Source: Bryobacterales bacterium (lineage in GTDB: Bacteria > Acidobacteriota > Terriglobia > Bryobacterales > UBA6623). From it: a stretch of 64,000 bases of DNA. A model generated the notes under the pieces. It did not search any database. It saw nothing but the letters and a program-made list of their open reading frames with translations, and was not told the origin of the DNA. Every line of letters begins with the position of its first letter. Within the stretch, counting starts at the first letter, position 1. This document shows positions 1-9,203 of this stretch, one piece after another. A program made the translations under genes and the position numbers. The stretch is taken from contig CBDDCL010000015.1 of NCBI GenBank assembly GCA_965226245.1, positions 1,926,632-1,990,631 on the forward strand. Direction: 5' to 3'.

Positions 1-146
1 GTATTTTTTCGGCGAAAGCCGGCCCCGTCATCGGAGTCATACGGAATGTTTTCCTGCGCCCCTTCAGGGCTCCCGCCTCGATGGTTATCACCCAGGGTTC
101 CGCTTCGCTCCACCCTGGGCTACGATCCTGCGCCGCTTCGCGGCTC
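1..146 (-). repeat. Dispersed ~150-nt intergenic element, family A, copy 1 of 3
   Basis: The reverse complement of 91-146 matches 6337-6395 and 44701-44758 almost base for base (core GAGCCGCGAAGCGGCGCCGGATCGTAGCCCA(T)GGGTGGAGCGAAGCGGAACCCTGGGT). The distal ~90 nt (1-90) also align loosely with the other copies. Confidence 0.8.
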
Positions 147-332
147 AACGGCTCTGAGCTCGAAGGCCTTAAGTGAACGATATTGGGGTTAAACTTGGAA
201 TCGAACCTGAACCAAGCCGCTCCTCGCTGTTCAGGACCGCGAATAGAGTCCCGGATCGATCCTGCCCATCGCGAATTTACTGTACTCCATCTCCAAACAC
301 GCTACAATCAAAGGTTTTCCGGAGGGAGAACT

Positions 333-2180
333 ATGGCATACGATCCGCAGGGGGTGAAATTTGTCCTCACCGCGCCCGACACCGAGAGCACGGAAGAGCA
401 GTTTAGCCCCTGGAGGCAAATGGTCTACGCGTCGCTTCCGGCGCGATTTGTACCCCGCTTCACGTACAAGAACAAATTCGATCAGCCCCGCTGCCCCGAC
501 GGTACGGCTAAGGTCATCCCTTACGGTGTGAGGGTGGTCGAGGAAATTCTCCTCAACCACTACTCCCGTGATGAGGTCGCCGTATGCTATCCAGACGACT
601 TGGACAAGTTCGTCGGGCCCAAGACAATAGCGGTCGGAGTAGGCGCGCATAACCCCATCGGTACAGCTTTCTCGACCGGCGTCTATAGCAATATTTTCGG
701 CAGTACGGCCAGACCGATCAATGCCGCCGAGAGTGAACGCATCTATCTTCATCCAGCGATCCAGAGGCATCGGCCCAAGGTCATCGTCGGCGGCGCCGGG
801 GCTTGGCAAATTGACAAGACCGGATCGGTCGCTCGTCTTGGAGTGAGCTGCGTGGTCAACGGCCGGGCCGAGGCTGTGGCGCTTGAATTGTTTCAGAAGG
901 CTGAAGCCGGTGAAGAGCTGCCCAGAGTGGTGCAGGCTCCCGAACCCACGATTGAACAACTCGCGATCCCGAAAAAACGCTCGACCTACGGCATCGTTGA
1001 GATGAACCGCGGTTGCGGGCGCCAGTGCGCTTTTTGCTCGCCGACGCTGGAAACGCGAATTTCGGTTCCGCCCGAACAAATCGTCGAAGCGGTTAAGGCA
1101 AACACGAGCAACGGCGGGCGCATCATTTTTCCAGTTTCCGAAGACGTCTTCATGTATGGAGCGGCGGCGCCGTTCTATATCCCGAACGCGGACAAGATCC
1201 TTAACTTGTACGAAACCATCGCCAACGTGCCCGGAGTCGACTATCTGCCGCTCTCCCACGCAACGATCGCTCCGGCGGTGGTCAACCCTCACCTCGTCAA
1301 GGAGATGTCGAAGATTCTGCTGCCCAAGAGCGCTTTGCGGAACCGCTTCTCGACCCACCCGGACAAGCGCTTCCTGGCCCCGCTCATCGGCATCGAAACC
1401 GGCTCTGCCCGCTTGGCCGCCTTGACGATGTCGGGGAAATCCCTGCCCTTCGACATTCGCGATTGGCAGGAAATCGTCGTCGAGGGCATCCGAATCCTCA
1501 ACGAGAACAACTGGTTCCCGGTCTGCACCTTCATTGTCGGCCTGCCCGAGGAGACCGAGGACGATCTGCGCCAGACGCTGGACCTGCTGCACCGCCTCAA
1601 GAAATACAAGATCCTCTACGTGCCATCGATTTTCACACCCCTCGAAGACACGCGTATGGCTGGCGCCAAGGCTTTGAAAGCCAAGGCTCTCACACAGTTG
1701 CAGTGGGAGTTCGTCATGACCGCCTGGAAGCAAAGCCGCGACTTTGGCGAAATGAGCGACCGCTCCCGCTTCTACTTCCGCTGGGGTACGAAGGTCTTCT
1801 ACCACGCCCGCGGCCGCTGGGTCCACGGCAAGCAATTCAAATGGCCGGCCATGCGATTCGCCGACGTCCCGGAAGAGATAGTCTCCAAGCACCTCCACCT
1901 CAACTGGGACAAGGACAGTGATACCAAGATCCGCCCGGCACGGCTGATTCCCAAACATCGCAAGATGAAACTTGAGGATCTGGCCAGGATCAACGACAAT
2001 CAGCCCTTCAACATTTACGGCACAAGCCGTGACGCCGAGGCCGACAAGAACCATCCCCCCAAAGTTCTGTCCGCGGCTGCGGCCAACGGCCACGCCGCCG
2101 GAGCGGGAGGGTCCGCCGCCATCGGCGCGGCGCGCAGCGCCGCCTCGAAAACACTGGACCAACCCATGGCGGGCGATTGA
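333..2180 (+). CDS. Radical SAM enzyme, probably of the B12-binding-domain class
   Basis: ORF 183-2180. The ATG at 333 is preceded by GGAGGGAG. CxxxCxxC cluster motif CGRQCAFC. The N-terminal ~200 aa look Rossmann-like, as in B12-binding rSAMs. The Ala/Gly-rich C-terminal tail is unusual. Confidence 0.65.
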   Translation: MAYDPQGVKFVLTAPDTESTEEQFSPWRQMVYASLPARFVPRFTYKNKFDQPRCPDGTAKVIPYGVRVVEEILLNHYSRDEVAVCYPDDLDKFVGPKTIAVGVGAHNPIGTAFSTGVYSNIFGSTARPINAAESERIYLHPAIQRHRPKVIVGGAGAWQIDKTGSVARLGVSCVVNGRAEAVALELFQKAEAGEELPRVVQAPEPTIEQLAIPKKRSTYGIVEMNRGCGRQCAFCSPTLETRISVPPEQIVEAVKANTSNGGRIIFPVSEDVFMYGAAAPFYIPNADKILNLYETIANVPGVDYLPLSHATIAPAVVNPHLVKEMSKILLPKSALRNRFSTHPDKRFLAPLIGIETGSARLAALTMSGKSLPFDIRDWQEIVVEGIRILNENNWFPVCTFIVGLPEETEDDLRQTLDLLHRLKKYKILYVPSIFTPLEDTRMAGAKALKAKALTQLQWEFVMTAWKQSRDFGEMSDRSRFYFRWGTKVFYHARGRWVHGKQFKWPAMRFADVPEEIVSKHLHLNWDKDSDTKIRPARLIPKHRKMKLEDLARINDNQPFNIYGTSRDAEADKNHPPKVLSAAAANGHAAGAGGSAAIGAARSAASKTLDQPMAGD

Positions 2181-2228
2181 TCGGAACCGGTATACCAGCC
2201 GGCAACTCCCACCGAACGGCGAGGCCCG

Positions 2229-2406
2229 ACGTGGCGCAAGCTCTCAGCTTGCCGCGTCGAGACTCTTCTCGATGCTCGGCCGCCTCTGAACGCTGCCACG
2301 CCCCACCGCGCAGCGGCTTCGGCGCGCCACTAGGAACATCGACGATCGAATCCACCCAAGAGCCGGCATGAGTGCCGGCTCGGCAAGCTAAGAGCTTGCG
2401 CCACGT
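2229..2406. repeat. Long imperfect inverted repeat with a nested hairpin
   Basis: Arm 2229-2254 (ACGTGGCGCAAGCTCTCAGCTTGCCG) matches the reverse complement of 2381-2406 at 25 of 26 positions. An inner 8-bp hairpin AGCCGGCA-TGAG-TGCCGGCT lies at 2361-2380. Confidence 0.8.
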
Positions 2407-2506
2407 GCGTTTGACCAGGCACGGATTCTGGCGCTTGACCACCAGACCACGCCCCCGGACGCCTCAGGTAGACATCAGGCAGGTAAATCCGCAATAATGC
2501 CAACCC

Positions 2507-3868
2507 ATGGAACTCCACCCGATTCTCATTCTGCTGATCGCTATCGCGATCGTCTTCCTCCTCATCATTCGGCTTAAGATCAACGCCTTCATAGCACTCG
2601 TTACCGCTGCGACCGCTGTGGGCTTGCTGTCTTCGAAGGTCACGCTCGGAGATGTAATGCCCGAGGTTGCCGCAACGTTTGGCCGTGTGTGTGGAAGTAT
2701 CGGGATCGTCATCGCCTTGGCCGCCTTGATCGGCCAGTGCCTGATGGAGAGCGGCGCGGCGGACAAGATCACGCGTGTGTTCGTTCGGGCGCTGGGAGAA
2801 AAGAATGCCTCGCTGTCGCTGCTTTCAAGCGGCTACGTGCTCTCGGTCCCGGTCTTTTTCGATACGGTCTTCTATCTTCTCGTCCCCCTAGCCCGGGCGA
2901 TGCGCATCCGTACGGGGAAAAACTACTTGCTCTTCCTGATGGCGATCTGCGCCGGGGGGGCGGTGACGCACAGCATGGTTCCGCCCACGCCCGGCCCCCT
3001 AGCCATGGCCTCGGCGTTGAATATCGACCTCGGCGTAATGATTCTCGTTGGCGCCGTGATCGCCGTGCCCATGTCGCTCGTCGGCTGGCTTTTCGCATTG
3101 AATCGCGACAAGGCGCTGGACATTCCGCTGCGCGAGACGCCGGGACTCACCCTCAGCGAACTCGAAGACCTAGCCTCGCGCGACGAAGAAAAGCTCCCTA
3201 GCTTTTTCATGTCCATGCTGCCGATTGCCTTGCCGGTTCTCTTCATCACCTCGAACACTGTCGCCAACGCCGTCGCCAAGGGAAGTGAGCTCACTAGCGT
3301 CACGGGCTTCCTCGGCAATCCGAATTTCGCCTTGCTGGTTTCCGCCGCGATTTCGCTTTATCTTCTTGCCTCGCAAAAAGGTTACACCTTGGCGCAGTTA
3401 GCCAAACCCGTCGAAACAGCTTTGGCTAGCGGCGGCCTGATCATCTTGATTACCGCCGCCGGCGGCGCCTTCGGCGGCATGCTCGTAAAGGCTGAGGTCG
3501 GCAAATCGATCGGCGATTTGTCGCAGGAGTTCGGGGTTCCGATGTTGCTGCTGAGCTTTCTGCTCGGGGGCTTGCTAAAGGTGGCTCAGGGTTCTGGCAC
3601 CGTCGCCATGATTACGGTCTCGTCGATCATGGCGCCGCTCGTTATTTCCGCTCCGCCGCCCTTCCACACCGTGTACGTCGCTTGTGCCATCGGTTGCGGT
3701 TCGCTCGTCGGGTCTTGGATGAATGACAGCGGCTTCTGGGTCTACAAGCAAATGTCGGGGCTAACGGAAATGGAAGCGCTAAAGACGTGGACGCCGATGC
3801 TGGTCATCATGGGTATCGCCGGCTTTGTCATGACCCAATTGCTGGCGGTGATAATGCCGTTACAGTAG
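2507..3868 (+). CDS. GntP-family (gluconate:H+ symporter-like) permease
   Basis: 453 aa, polytopic and hydrophobic. The N-terminus ILILLIAIAIVFLLIIRLKINAFIALV and the overall length and organisation are typical of GntP permeases. Confidence 0.7.
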   Translation: MELHPILILLIAIAIVFLLIIRLKINAFIALVTAATAVGLLSSKVTLGDVMPEVAATFGRVCGSIGIVIALAALIGQCLMESGAADKITRVFVRALGEKNASLSLLSSGYVLSVPVFFDTVFYLLVPLARAMRIRTGKNYLLFLMAICAGGAVTHSMVPPTPGPLAMASALNIDLGVMILVGAVIAVPMSLVGWLFALNRDKALDIPLRETPGLTLSELEDLASRDEEKLPSFFMSMLPIALPVLFITSNTVANAVAKGSELTSVTGFLGNPNFALLVSAAISLYLLASQKGYTLAQLAKPVETALASGGLIILITAAGGAFGGMLVKAEVGKSIGDLSQEFGVPMLLLSFLLGGLLKVAQGSGTVAMITVSSIMAPLVISAPPPFHTVYVACAIGCGSLVGSWMNDSGFWVYKQMSGLTEMEALKTWTPMLVIMGIAGFVMTQLLAVIMPLQ

Positions 3869-3929
3869 AGTTCGCTGGCCACCTCTCCCATTGTGTCCCG
3901 ATTGCGGCAAGAACTTTCAGACGACCGGA

Positions 3930-3957
3930 CAGAGCCGCGGACGGAAGTCCGCGGTCC
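3930..3957 (+). repeat. Family C hairpin element (possible bidirectional terminator)
   Basis: CAGAGCCGCGGAC-GGAA-GTCCGCGG, an 8-bp stem with a GGAA loop. It sits 62 nt after the GntP stop, between convergent genes. Related copies are at 26187, 30887 and 52690. Confidence 0.7.
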
Positions 3958-4036
3958 AGCGGCCGAAACCTGCTCAGCGAGAATCCGTGCTCTCTCCTAT
4001 AGCGCGGCTATCGATGACACCGGTGTTCGGTGGGCT

Positions 4037-5845
4037 CTACACTAACGAAAGTTCGATGGCACGGGTCTTGGCGTCGAGATGCGTGATCTTGAATGAGCGC
4101 ACCTGGCCCTGTTCCAGCTTTTCGGCACGTCTCGGCATCGCCCCGGAGGGTCCGTCGTCAGCGCCTTTCCACGCGGAAGCGAGCATCGCGCCAAGCGACG
4201 ATACGTCTTTCGCGGCGCCGTCGGCCGGGGCGGCTGCTTCGCCGTCAGCTTCGGGGCCGGTGAGAACACAAACGGCTTCAACACCTTCGCCCAGATCGAT
4301 CACAGCCTTGTCTTTCTTGATGCGGGACACGTGGCCGGTGACTGTATCACCAGGCTTGTATTCTTCGATGAAAAGGTCCTGGTCATTGGGACCGGCATTT
4401 TTCATGCTGAGCTTCAGCCGGCGCTTGACCGCATCGATCTCGATCACCGCCACCTGTATTTTCTCGCCGGCCTTCACGACCTCGCTCGGGTGGTTGATGC
4501 GCCGGTCCTCCACGAAGTCGGAAACATGTACCAGTCCTTCTATGCCCTCCGAGATTTCGACAAACGCGCCGAATGCGGCGATGTTGCGAACCGTGCCCTC
4601 GAGCACCTTGCCGACCGGGAATTTTTCCAGCGCTTTTTCCCAGGGGTCGCCGAGAGCCTGTTTAATCCCAAGGCCAATCCGCCGTTGCGCGGCTTTGATT
4701 TCGAGCACCACGACATCGACGATATCTCCCACGCTGACAAGATCTTTCGGATGCTGCACTCGCCGGGCCCACGACATTTCCGAGATATGAACCAGGCCTT
4801 CCACTCCCGGCTCGAGCTCAACAAAAGCTCCGAAGTCCATCAATTTTGTGACCGGGCCTTTGATGCGGTCGCCGACGCTTAGTTTTTCAGCGATCAGCGT
4901 CCAGGGGTCCGGCGTAAGCTGTTTGAGACCGGCCGAGATGCGCTTGCCGCCCTCTTCGATTTTGAGAACCTTGACTTCGAGTGAATCGCCCACCGAAAGT
5001 ACGGACGAAACATCCTTGACCTTCCCCCAGGCCAGGTCGCTCACGTGCAGCAGCGCATCGACCCCGCCCAGGTCGATAAAGGCTCCGAAGTCACGGAGTT
5101 CACGCACTGTCCCCTGGACGACCATCTCCGGCCGCAGCGCCGCAATGCGCTCTTGTTTCTTCTGTTCGCGCTCTTCTTCCAGCAAAACACGGCGGTCCAC
5201 AATGACATTCTCATCGTCGACATCGAGCTGTGAGATACGGCAGCGAATCTCTTGGCCAACAAGCTTTGCGAGTTCCGCCGTTTCGCGGACTCCGCTCCTG
5301 GAAGCAGGCAGAAAAGCGCGAACTCCGATATCAACCGACAAGCCGCCCTTGATGACCTCGGTGACCTTTCCGGCAATCGCCGAGCCGTTTTCGAAGGCCA
5401 TCTCGAACTGCTCCCAGTTCTTGGGACGTTCGGCGATGACGCGCGAAAGTGTCAGGTAGCCGTCCGCCGAGCGGCCCGTGATACTGACTTCGACTGAGTC
5501 GCCGATCTGCAGCTCAACATTACCGTCGACGTCGTTAGCTGCATCCAGCGGAAGGAACGCCTCCGACTTACGGCTGATATCGACGAAGAACCCATCATCA
5601 CGAACCGTAACGACCTCGCCCGTCAGGACGCCGCCGGCCGAAGCCGCGGGCTTGTCTTGGCCTTGTTCGAACTCCTCCAACAGGTCAGAGAAGGACGGCT
5701 CGTCCGGCGCCTCATGCAGTTCTGCCGGGTGGGCGGCGGGGTCGAATTCGTCCGACGGCCGCGGCAGGGCGGGGACGGTAGCGGGCGCTTGGGGGCTCGG
5801 GCCAGCAGACTGAGCCGCTTGTTTGGATTCTAGGGAGTCACTCAT
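4037..5845 (-). CDS. rpsA: 30S ribosomal protein S1
   Basis: 602 aa with repeated S1 OB-fold units (e.g. GxVxxxxxFGAFVxL motifs: DFGAFIDLGGVDALLHVSD, DFGAFVELEPGVEGLVHISE, AFGAFVEISEGIEGLVHVSD). The N-terminal extension is acidic and Pro-rich. Confidence 0.93.
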   Translation of the reverse strand: MSDSLESKQAAQSAGPSPQAPATVPALPRPSDEFDPAAHPAELHEAPDEPSFSDLLEEFEQGQDKPAASAGGVLTGEVVTVRDDGFFVDISRKSEAFLPLDAANDVDGNVELQIGDSVEVSITGRSADGYLTLSRVIAERPKNWEQFEMAFENGSAIAGKVTEVIKGGLSVDIGVRAFLPASRSGVRETAELAKLVGQEIRCRISQLDVDDENVIVDRRVLLEEEREQKKQERIAALRPEMVVQGTVRELRDFGAFIDLGGVDALLHVSDLAWGKVKDVSSVLSVGDSLEVKVLKIEEGGKRISAGLKQLTPDPWTLIAEKLSVGDRIKGPVTKLMDFGAFVELEPGVEGLVHISEMSWARRVQHPKDLVSVGDIVDVVVLEIKAAQRRIGLGIKQALGDPWEKALEKFPVGKVLEGTVRNIAAFGAFVEISEGIEGLVHVSDFVEDRRINHPSEVVKAGEKIQVAVIEIDAVKRRLKLSMKNAGPNDQDLFIEEYKPGDTVTGHVSRIKKDKAVIDLGEGVEAVCVLTGPEADGEAAAPADGAAKDVSSLGAMLASAWKGADDGPSGAMPRRAEKLEQGQVRSFKITHLDAKTRAIELSLV

Positions 5846-5957
5846 GGGAGCTGCTGCGATTCGACTTTATTGTCCCACAAGCAGGCGGAACTGAAGGAAC
5901 CGAGCCGGGTTCACTGCGCCCGGCGCCGCACAAGGTCGCGGCTGGCGGAATCCATCG

Positions 5958-6224
5958 CTAACCGCGGTTCGACTTGAGGTTCCGCTCCGCTTTGAGCCTA
6001 AGAATCGATATGAAGTCGGCAGTGTTGACGATGGTCTCGTATTCCGCTTGCTCGTTATCGCTGAGGAGACCTGCGTTCGCTCGCTCCGCAAGCACACTGA
6101 TCCGCTCCTGCACCAGCGGCGCGACGCGAAATTCGATCACACGGCGCGCGGACTCCTCGTCGAGACAAGTGCTCAGCGGGTCAAGCAAGTCGTCCAGCAC
6201 GCCCTTGGCGGATAGTTCGTTCAC
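5958..6224 (-). CDS. Hypothetical small helical protein
   Basis: 88-aa ORF with coding-like composition, directly upstream of rpsA. I recognise no family, and there is no partner gene. Confidence 0.35.
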   Translation of the reverse strand: MNELSAKGVLDDLLDPLSTCLDEESARRVIEFRVAPLVQERISVLAERANAGLLSDNEQAEYETIVNTADFISILRLKAERNLKSNRG

Positions 6225-6336
6225 GCCATCACATTACCACGACGCCCCGGCGAGATCTCTCGAAACTGCTGAAGTCCGAGCTGGAGTATCTGCAATACCG
6301 TCCACTTAGAGCCTTTCAGTCGCGGATAGAGCTTTT

Positions 6337-6490
6337 GAGCCGCGAAGCGGCGCCGGATCGTAGCCCATGGGTGGAGCGAAGCGGAACCCTGGGTCCAAAA
6401 CCCCTCAAGGCCAAAGCCCCGAGGGGGCGCAGGAAAACAAACAGCATGATTCTGACGGCGGATCCAGCCGTCTTGCTCCGAAACAAATAC
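6337..6490 (+). repeat. Family A element, copy 2
   Basis: The core is near-identical to 44701-44758 and to the reverse complement of 91-146. The distal half is alignable with the other copies. Confidence 0.85.
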
Positions 6491-6553
6491 AATGACTTGG
6501 GCGAGCGAAACCATTCAAGTCGACAGTATTGGGGCTAGCCGGGCGAGCGGCAA

Positions 6554-7228
6554 TCAGCGTCTCTTCAGCGTCTCGCCTTTCTTGAGCAAGCTGGGGCGCT
6601 TGCGCTTGGGTTTCTTCTTTTCCTCGGTCTGGCGGGCAGCGCTGACTTTTTCTTTCAGTTCGGGAGTCATCGACACTTCCCTTTTCGCCTCGTCCCGTTC
6701 GTCGGCTGCCTGCACTTCGGCTGTGCGGATGCCGAGATCCATCTCCGACAACTCAATGCTGTCCGCCGTGATCTCGATAGCGTCTTGGAGGACGAACTCG
6801 TACCGAGAATGGTCTTGTTGGGGATTGTCCGCCATGGCTTGGAGGGCCACCAAAAATTCCTGCTCCTCCGAGGTCACCTTGGCAATCGATGGCGTAAGGT
6901 CCCGTCTCATATCCAGGGCGTCGTCAATCACCACATCGATCGTTTCGATGATCCGGCCGTACTGTTCCAAATTGCGATGGATTTGCGCCGAACGGCCCGG
7001 CTTCTGCTTGGCCAACTGCTGGCGTACTAGCTCGATTCTCAGCTTGGCGAAGTGCAAGTAGCGTTCGATCCGCATGTTGGGCTTTTGGGCTTCTCGAATG
7101 AGATCGATCTCATGGTCAGTGAGAAACTCCTTGCGAGCGCCAATATACTCCTGAGCCGGCAGGAGGATCACCTGTAACGTGAAGGTCACCCTCAGGGCCA
7201 GGCGCCAGAGTCCGCGTCTTGTTCTCAT
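6554..7228 (-). CDS. Hypothetical secreted protein with a polybasic C-terminus
   Basis: 224 aa. N-terminal hydrophobic signal-like segment and a Lys/Arg-rich tail (KKKPKRKRPSLLKK). Its start lies 7 nt after the stop of the upstream gene. Confidence 0.5.
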   Translation of the reverse strand: MRTRRGLWRLALRVTFTLQVILLPAQEYIGARKEFLTDHEIDLIREAQKPNMRIERYLHFAKLRIELVRQQLAKQKPGRSAQIHRNLEQYGRIIETIDVVIDDALDMRRDLTPSIAKVTSEEQEFLVALQAMADNPQQDHSRYEFVLQDAIEITADSIELSEMDLGIRTAEVQAADERDEAKREVSMTPELKEKVSAARQTEEKKKPKRKRPSLLKKGETLKRR

Positions 7229-7235
7229 GCCTGCC

Positions 7236-7697
7236 TCACTTTTTCTTCGTCATGATCGCCAGCAACAACTGGTCGTTGATTGCGGACACTCGAGCCATGA
7301 CGGATTCAACGACTTCTCGTTCATCGTAGTTCAAATCGCGCGACAAGCCCTGCAACTGCTTGACCAGATTCCGCGTCTGAATCTCGGCGCGCTTAAAGTG
7401 TTTCGGCTTCTTGCGGGCATTCTTGCCAGTTGCCGACAGAGCCTGGTGAGCCAACTCGACGGCCTCCTGGATCTGCATCAAAAGCTGGATGCCGCGTTGC
7501 GGATCGCTTTGCTCATAGGTTTTGAGCACGGGCTTCACGCTGGCTTTGGCAAAGTCCAGCGCCCACCGTGCCCGGCGTTCGAGGTTTGGTTCAGCCTTAA
7601 TCGACTCAAGATCCGCCGCTGGCCCGGCCCCCGGCGCAAGACGGAGTCCTGCCAGGCACAACACGACGGACAACAAGACAGGCGAAAGCCTGGGCAT
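7236..7697 (-). CDS. Hypothetical secreted helical protein
   Basis: The ATG at 7697 (MPRLSPVLLSVVLCLAG...) overlaps the TGA of the TPR gene as ATGA, which suggests translational coupling. Signal-peptide-like N-terminus. Confidence 0.5.
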   Translation of the reverse strand: MPRLSPVLLSVVLCLAGLRLAPGAGPAADLESIKAEPNLERRARWALDFAKASVKPVLKTYEQSDPQRGIQLLMQIQEAVELAHQALSATGKNARKKPKHFKRAEIQTRNLVKQLQGLSRDLNYDEREVVESVMARVSAINDQLLLAIMTKKK

Positions 7698-8926
7698 CAG
7701 CGTTTTCGGAGAACCTTCTCGATCACCTTCAAGCGCTCCTTCGACTTCCACTCTTCATCGGACATGCCGGCGTTCATCGCCAGGAAGTTCTGGTAGCTTG
7801 CTTGAGCTTCTTTGTACATTTGCAGCTTGTCTTCGATGATAGCCTGCAAGTACACCTGAGCCGGCTTGGGCGGAGCGATCTGAGAGGATTGCTCGAGCGC
7901 TTTCAGGGCGCCGCCAAAGTTTTCCACCTTGTAAAGACTGAAGGCAAGACCGTTCCATGCTTCCGACAAAGCGGCGTCTTGTTCCAGGGTGACAAGGTAA
8001 TTCCTGGCGGCGTCCTCGAACTGCTGCGCGTGCAGCAGGCCGTTGGCGTAGCGCAGCCGCAGTTCCGCGTTTGAGGGGCTGGCGTTTGCCGCCTGGCGCC
8101 AAAGGTGTAAAGCTTTTTCAGGCTGGTCGCTCAGTGAATAGGCTTGCGCCAGAGCCGCGAGGTTAGCCGCACTCGGCTGCCGTTTGACAGCGGCCTCAAA
8201 AATCTCGGCGGCCTCCGCATAGCTCTGCCGCTCCATCAAGAGCATGCCGATGCGTTCCCGCACGGCGATCGCATCGGGGTGGAGCCGCAAGTAGCTTTGA
8301 TAGATGGAGAGAGCCTGCTCAGTGTGTTTGCTCTTCTCGAGCAGTTCAGCCAGCTCGAGCCTCATTTCAGACAGTTGCGGGTCGAGTTCAGCGGCCTTTT
8401 GGTAGTGCGGCGCCGCTGCGCCGAGTCGTCCGGCTCGAGCGTATGATTGGCCGAGCCCCAGAGAAGCCTCAGCCGAGCTGGGATTCAGCCGGACCGCCTG
8501 CTCATACGGTTCGATTGCGCCCTTGGGGTCGCCTGAATTCAGCAGTGCGTGCGCGTAGTAGAGCTGCGGCGCGAAATCTTCGGGCCGCGCCTCGGCAACC
8601 ACCTGAAAATGCGGAGCAGCCTCGGCGGTCCGTTCCTCGCCCATCAACAGGATCCCCAGATTCATGCGCGCCGAGACGAGGCCGGGCTTGATGCCGGCAA
8701 CTTTCTGGTAGTGCTCGATCGCTTTTGTGGTTTGCTTGAGTTCCGAGTAAGCGAAAGCCAGGTTGAAGCGAACCTCGACGTTTTCGGGATCCTCGGCCAC
8801 CACTTTCTCCAGCAGTTCGGCCGCTTGCGCGTAATCTTCCCGCTCCAGCGCCTCGACCGCGTCTTTGAGCTCGTTCGCCGGTGCAACCGCAAGCATCATG
8901 GCGACAGCCAAACAAACCCGAATCAT
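7697..8926 (-). CDS. TPR-repeat protein with signal peptide
   Basis: 409 aa. N-terminal MIRVCLAVAMMLAVAPA, followed by roughly ten 34-aa TPR-like units (A..Y...L..dP....A...LG). Confidence 0.8.
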   Translation of the reverse strand: MIRVCLAVAMMLAVAPANELKDAVEALEREDYAQAAELLEKVVAEDPENVEVRFNLAFAYSELKQTTKAIEHYQKVAGIKPGLVSARMNLGILLMGEERTAEAAPHFQVVAEARPEDFAPQLYYAHALLNSGDPKGAIEPYEQAVRLNPSSAEASLGLGQSYARAGRLGAAAPHYQKAAELDPQLSEMRLELAELLEKSKHTEQALSIYQSYLRLHPDAIAVRERIGMLLMERQSYAEAAEIFEAAVKRQPSAANLAALAQAYSLSDQPEKALHLWRQAANASPSNAELRLRYANGLLHAQQFEDAARNYLVTLEQDAALSEAWNGLAFSLYKVENFGGALKALEQSSQIAPPKPAQVYLQAIIEDKLQMYKEAQASYQNFLAMNAGMSDEEWKSKERLKVIEKVLRKR

Positions 8927-9203
8927 ATTGACATTCTAGCAGCGGATTTTTAGCATTCCAGCACCGCGGGTTGGGAAGCATACGCCTCCGGGCCGACGTC
9001 GTGTTGGGCCTCCAGGCCCAACGTCTGGAGTTTCTACATTTCGAGGGCTTGATGTTTTGTCGAGGAGCAGGTTTCTTGCTTTCTCCGTTGCTGGCTCTCA
9101 GGCCGTGATCATGTCTAGATAAAGTCAGTCGGTCTATTTTATTGTTGACAGACCGACTGAAGTGTGTCATTCTAACTCTGGAACCTCCCTGGCCCCACTC
9201 AGC

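Noticed and set aside
197-207. GGAATCGAACC, the reverse complement of a tRNA T-arm consensus, upstream of the first gene.
   Set aside because: I could not build an acceptor stem, D-arm or anticodon arm from the surrounding sequence. The putative T stem would enclose a 13-nt loop.
150-332. Possible cobalamin riboswitch ahead of the B12-type radical SAM gene, and a possible TPP riboswitch ahead of the E1 genes (17452-17667).
   Set aside because: I found neither the B12-box (GCCACTG-like) nor the TPP CUGAGA/ACCUGA core elements. At 17489-17517 there is only a sigma70-like TTGACA-17-TAGGCT pair, which is too weak to report as a feature.
231-2162. 643-aa ORF antisense to the radical SAM gene. Similar long antisense or off-frame ORFs occur at 3891-4790, 9569-10990, 11874-12611, 12029-13135, 17647-18984, 27312-28151, 31469-32296, 39781-40605, 45144-46076, 45409-46230, 51525-52511, 55490-56467, 58145-58828 and 63156-63872.
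   Set aside because: They are Arg/Ala/Gly/Pro-rich translations without recognisable motifs, each lying opposite or out of frame to an ORF with clear family signatures. This is the typical stop-codon-poor artefact of high-GC DNA.
6221-6514. 97-aa ORF upstream of the small helical protein, a candidate TA partner.
   Set aside because: Most of it is the translation of a family A repeat (…GSASLHPWATIRRRFAAQ…), which recurs in non-coding contexts elsewhere.
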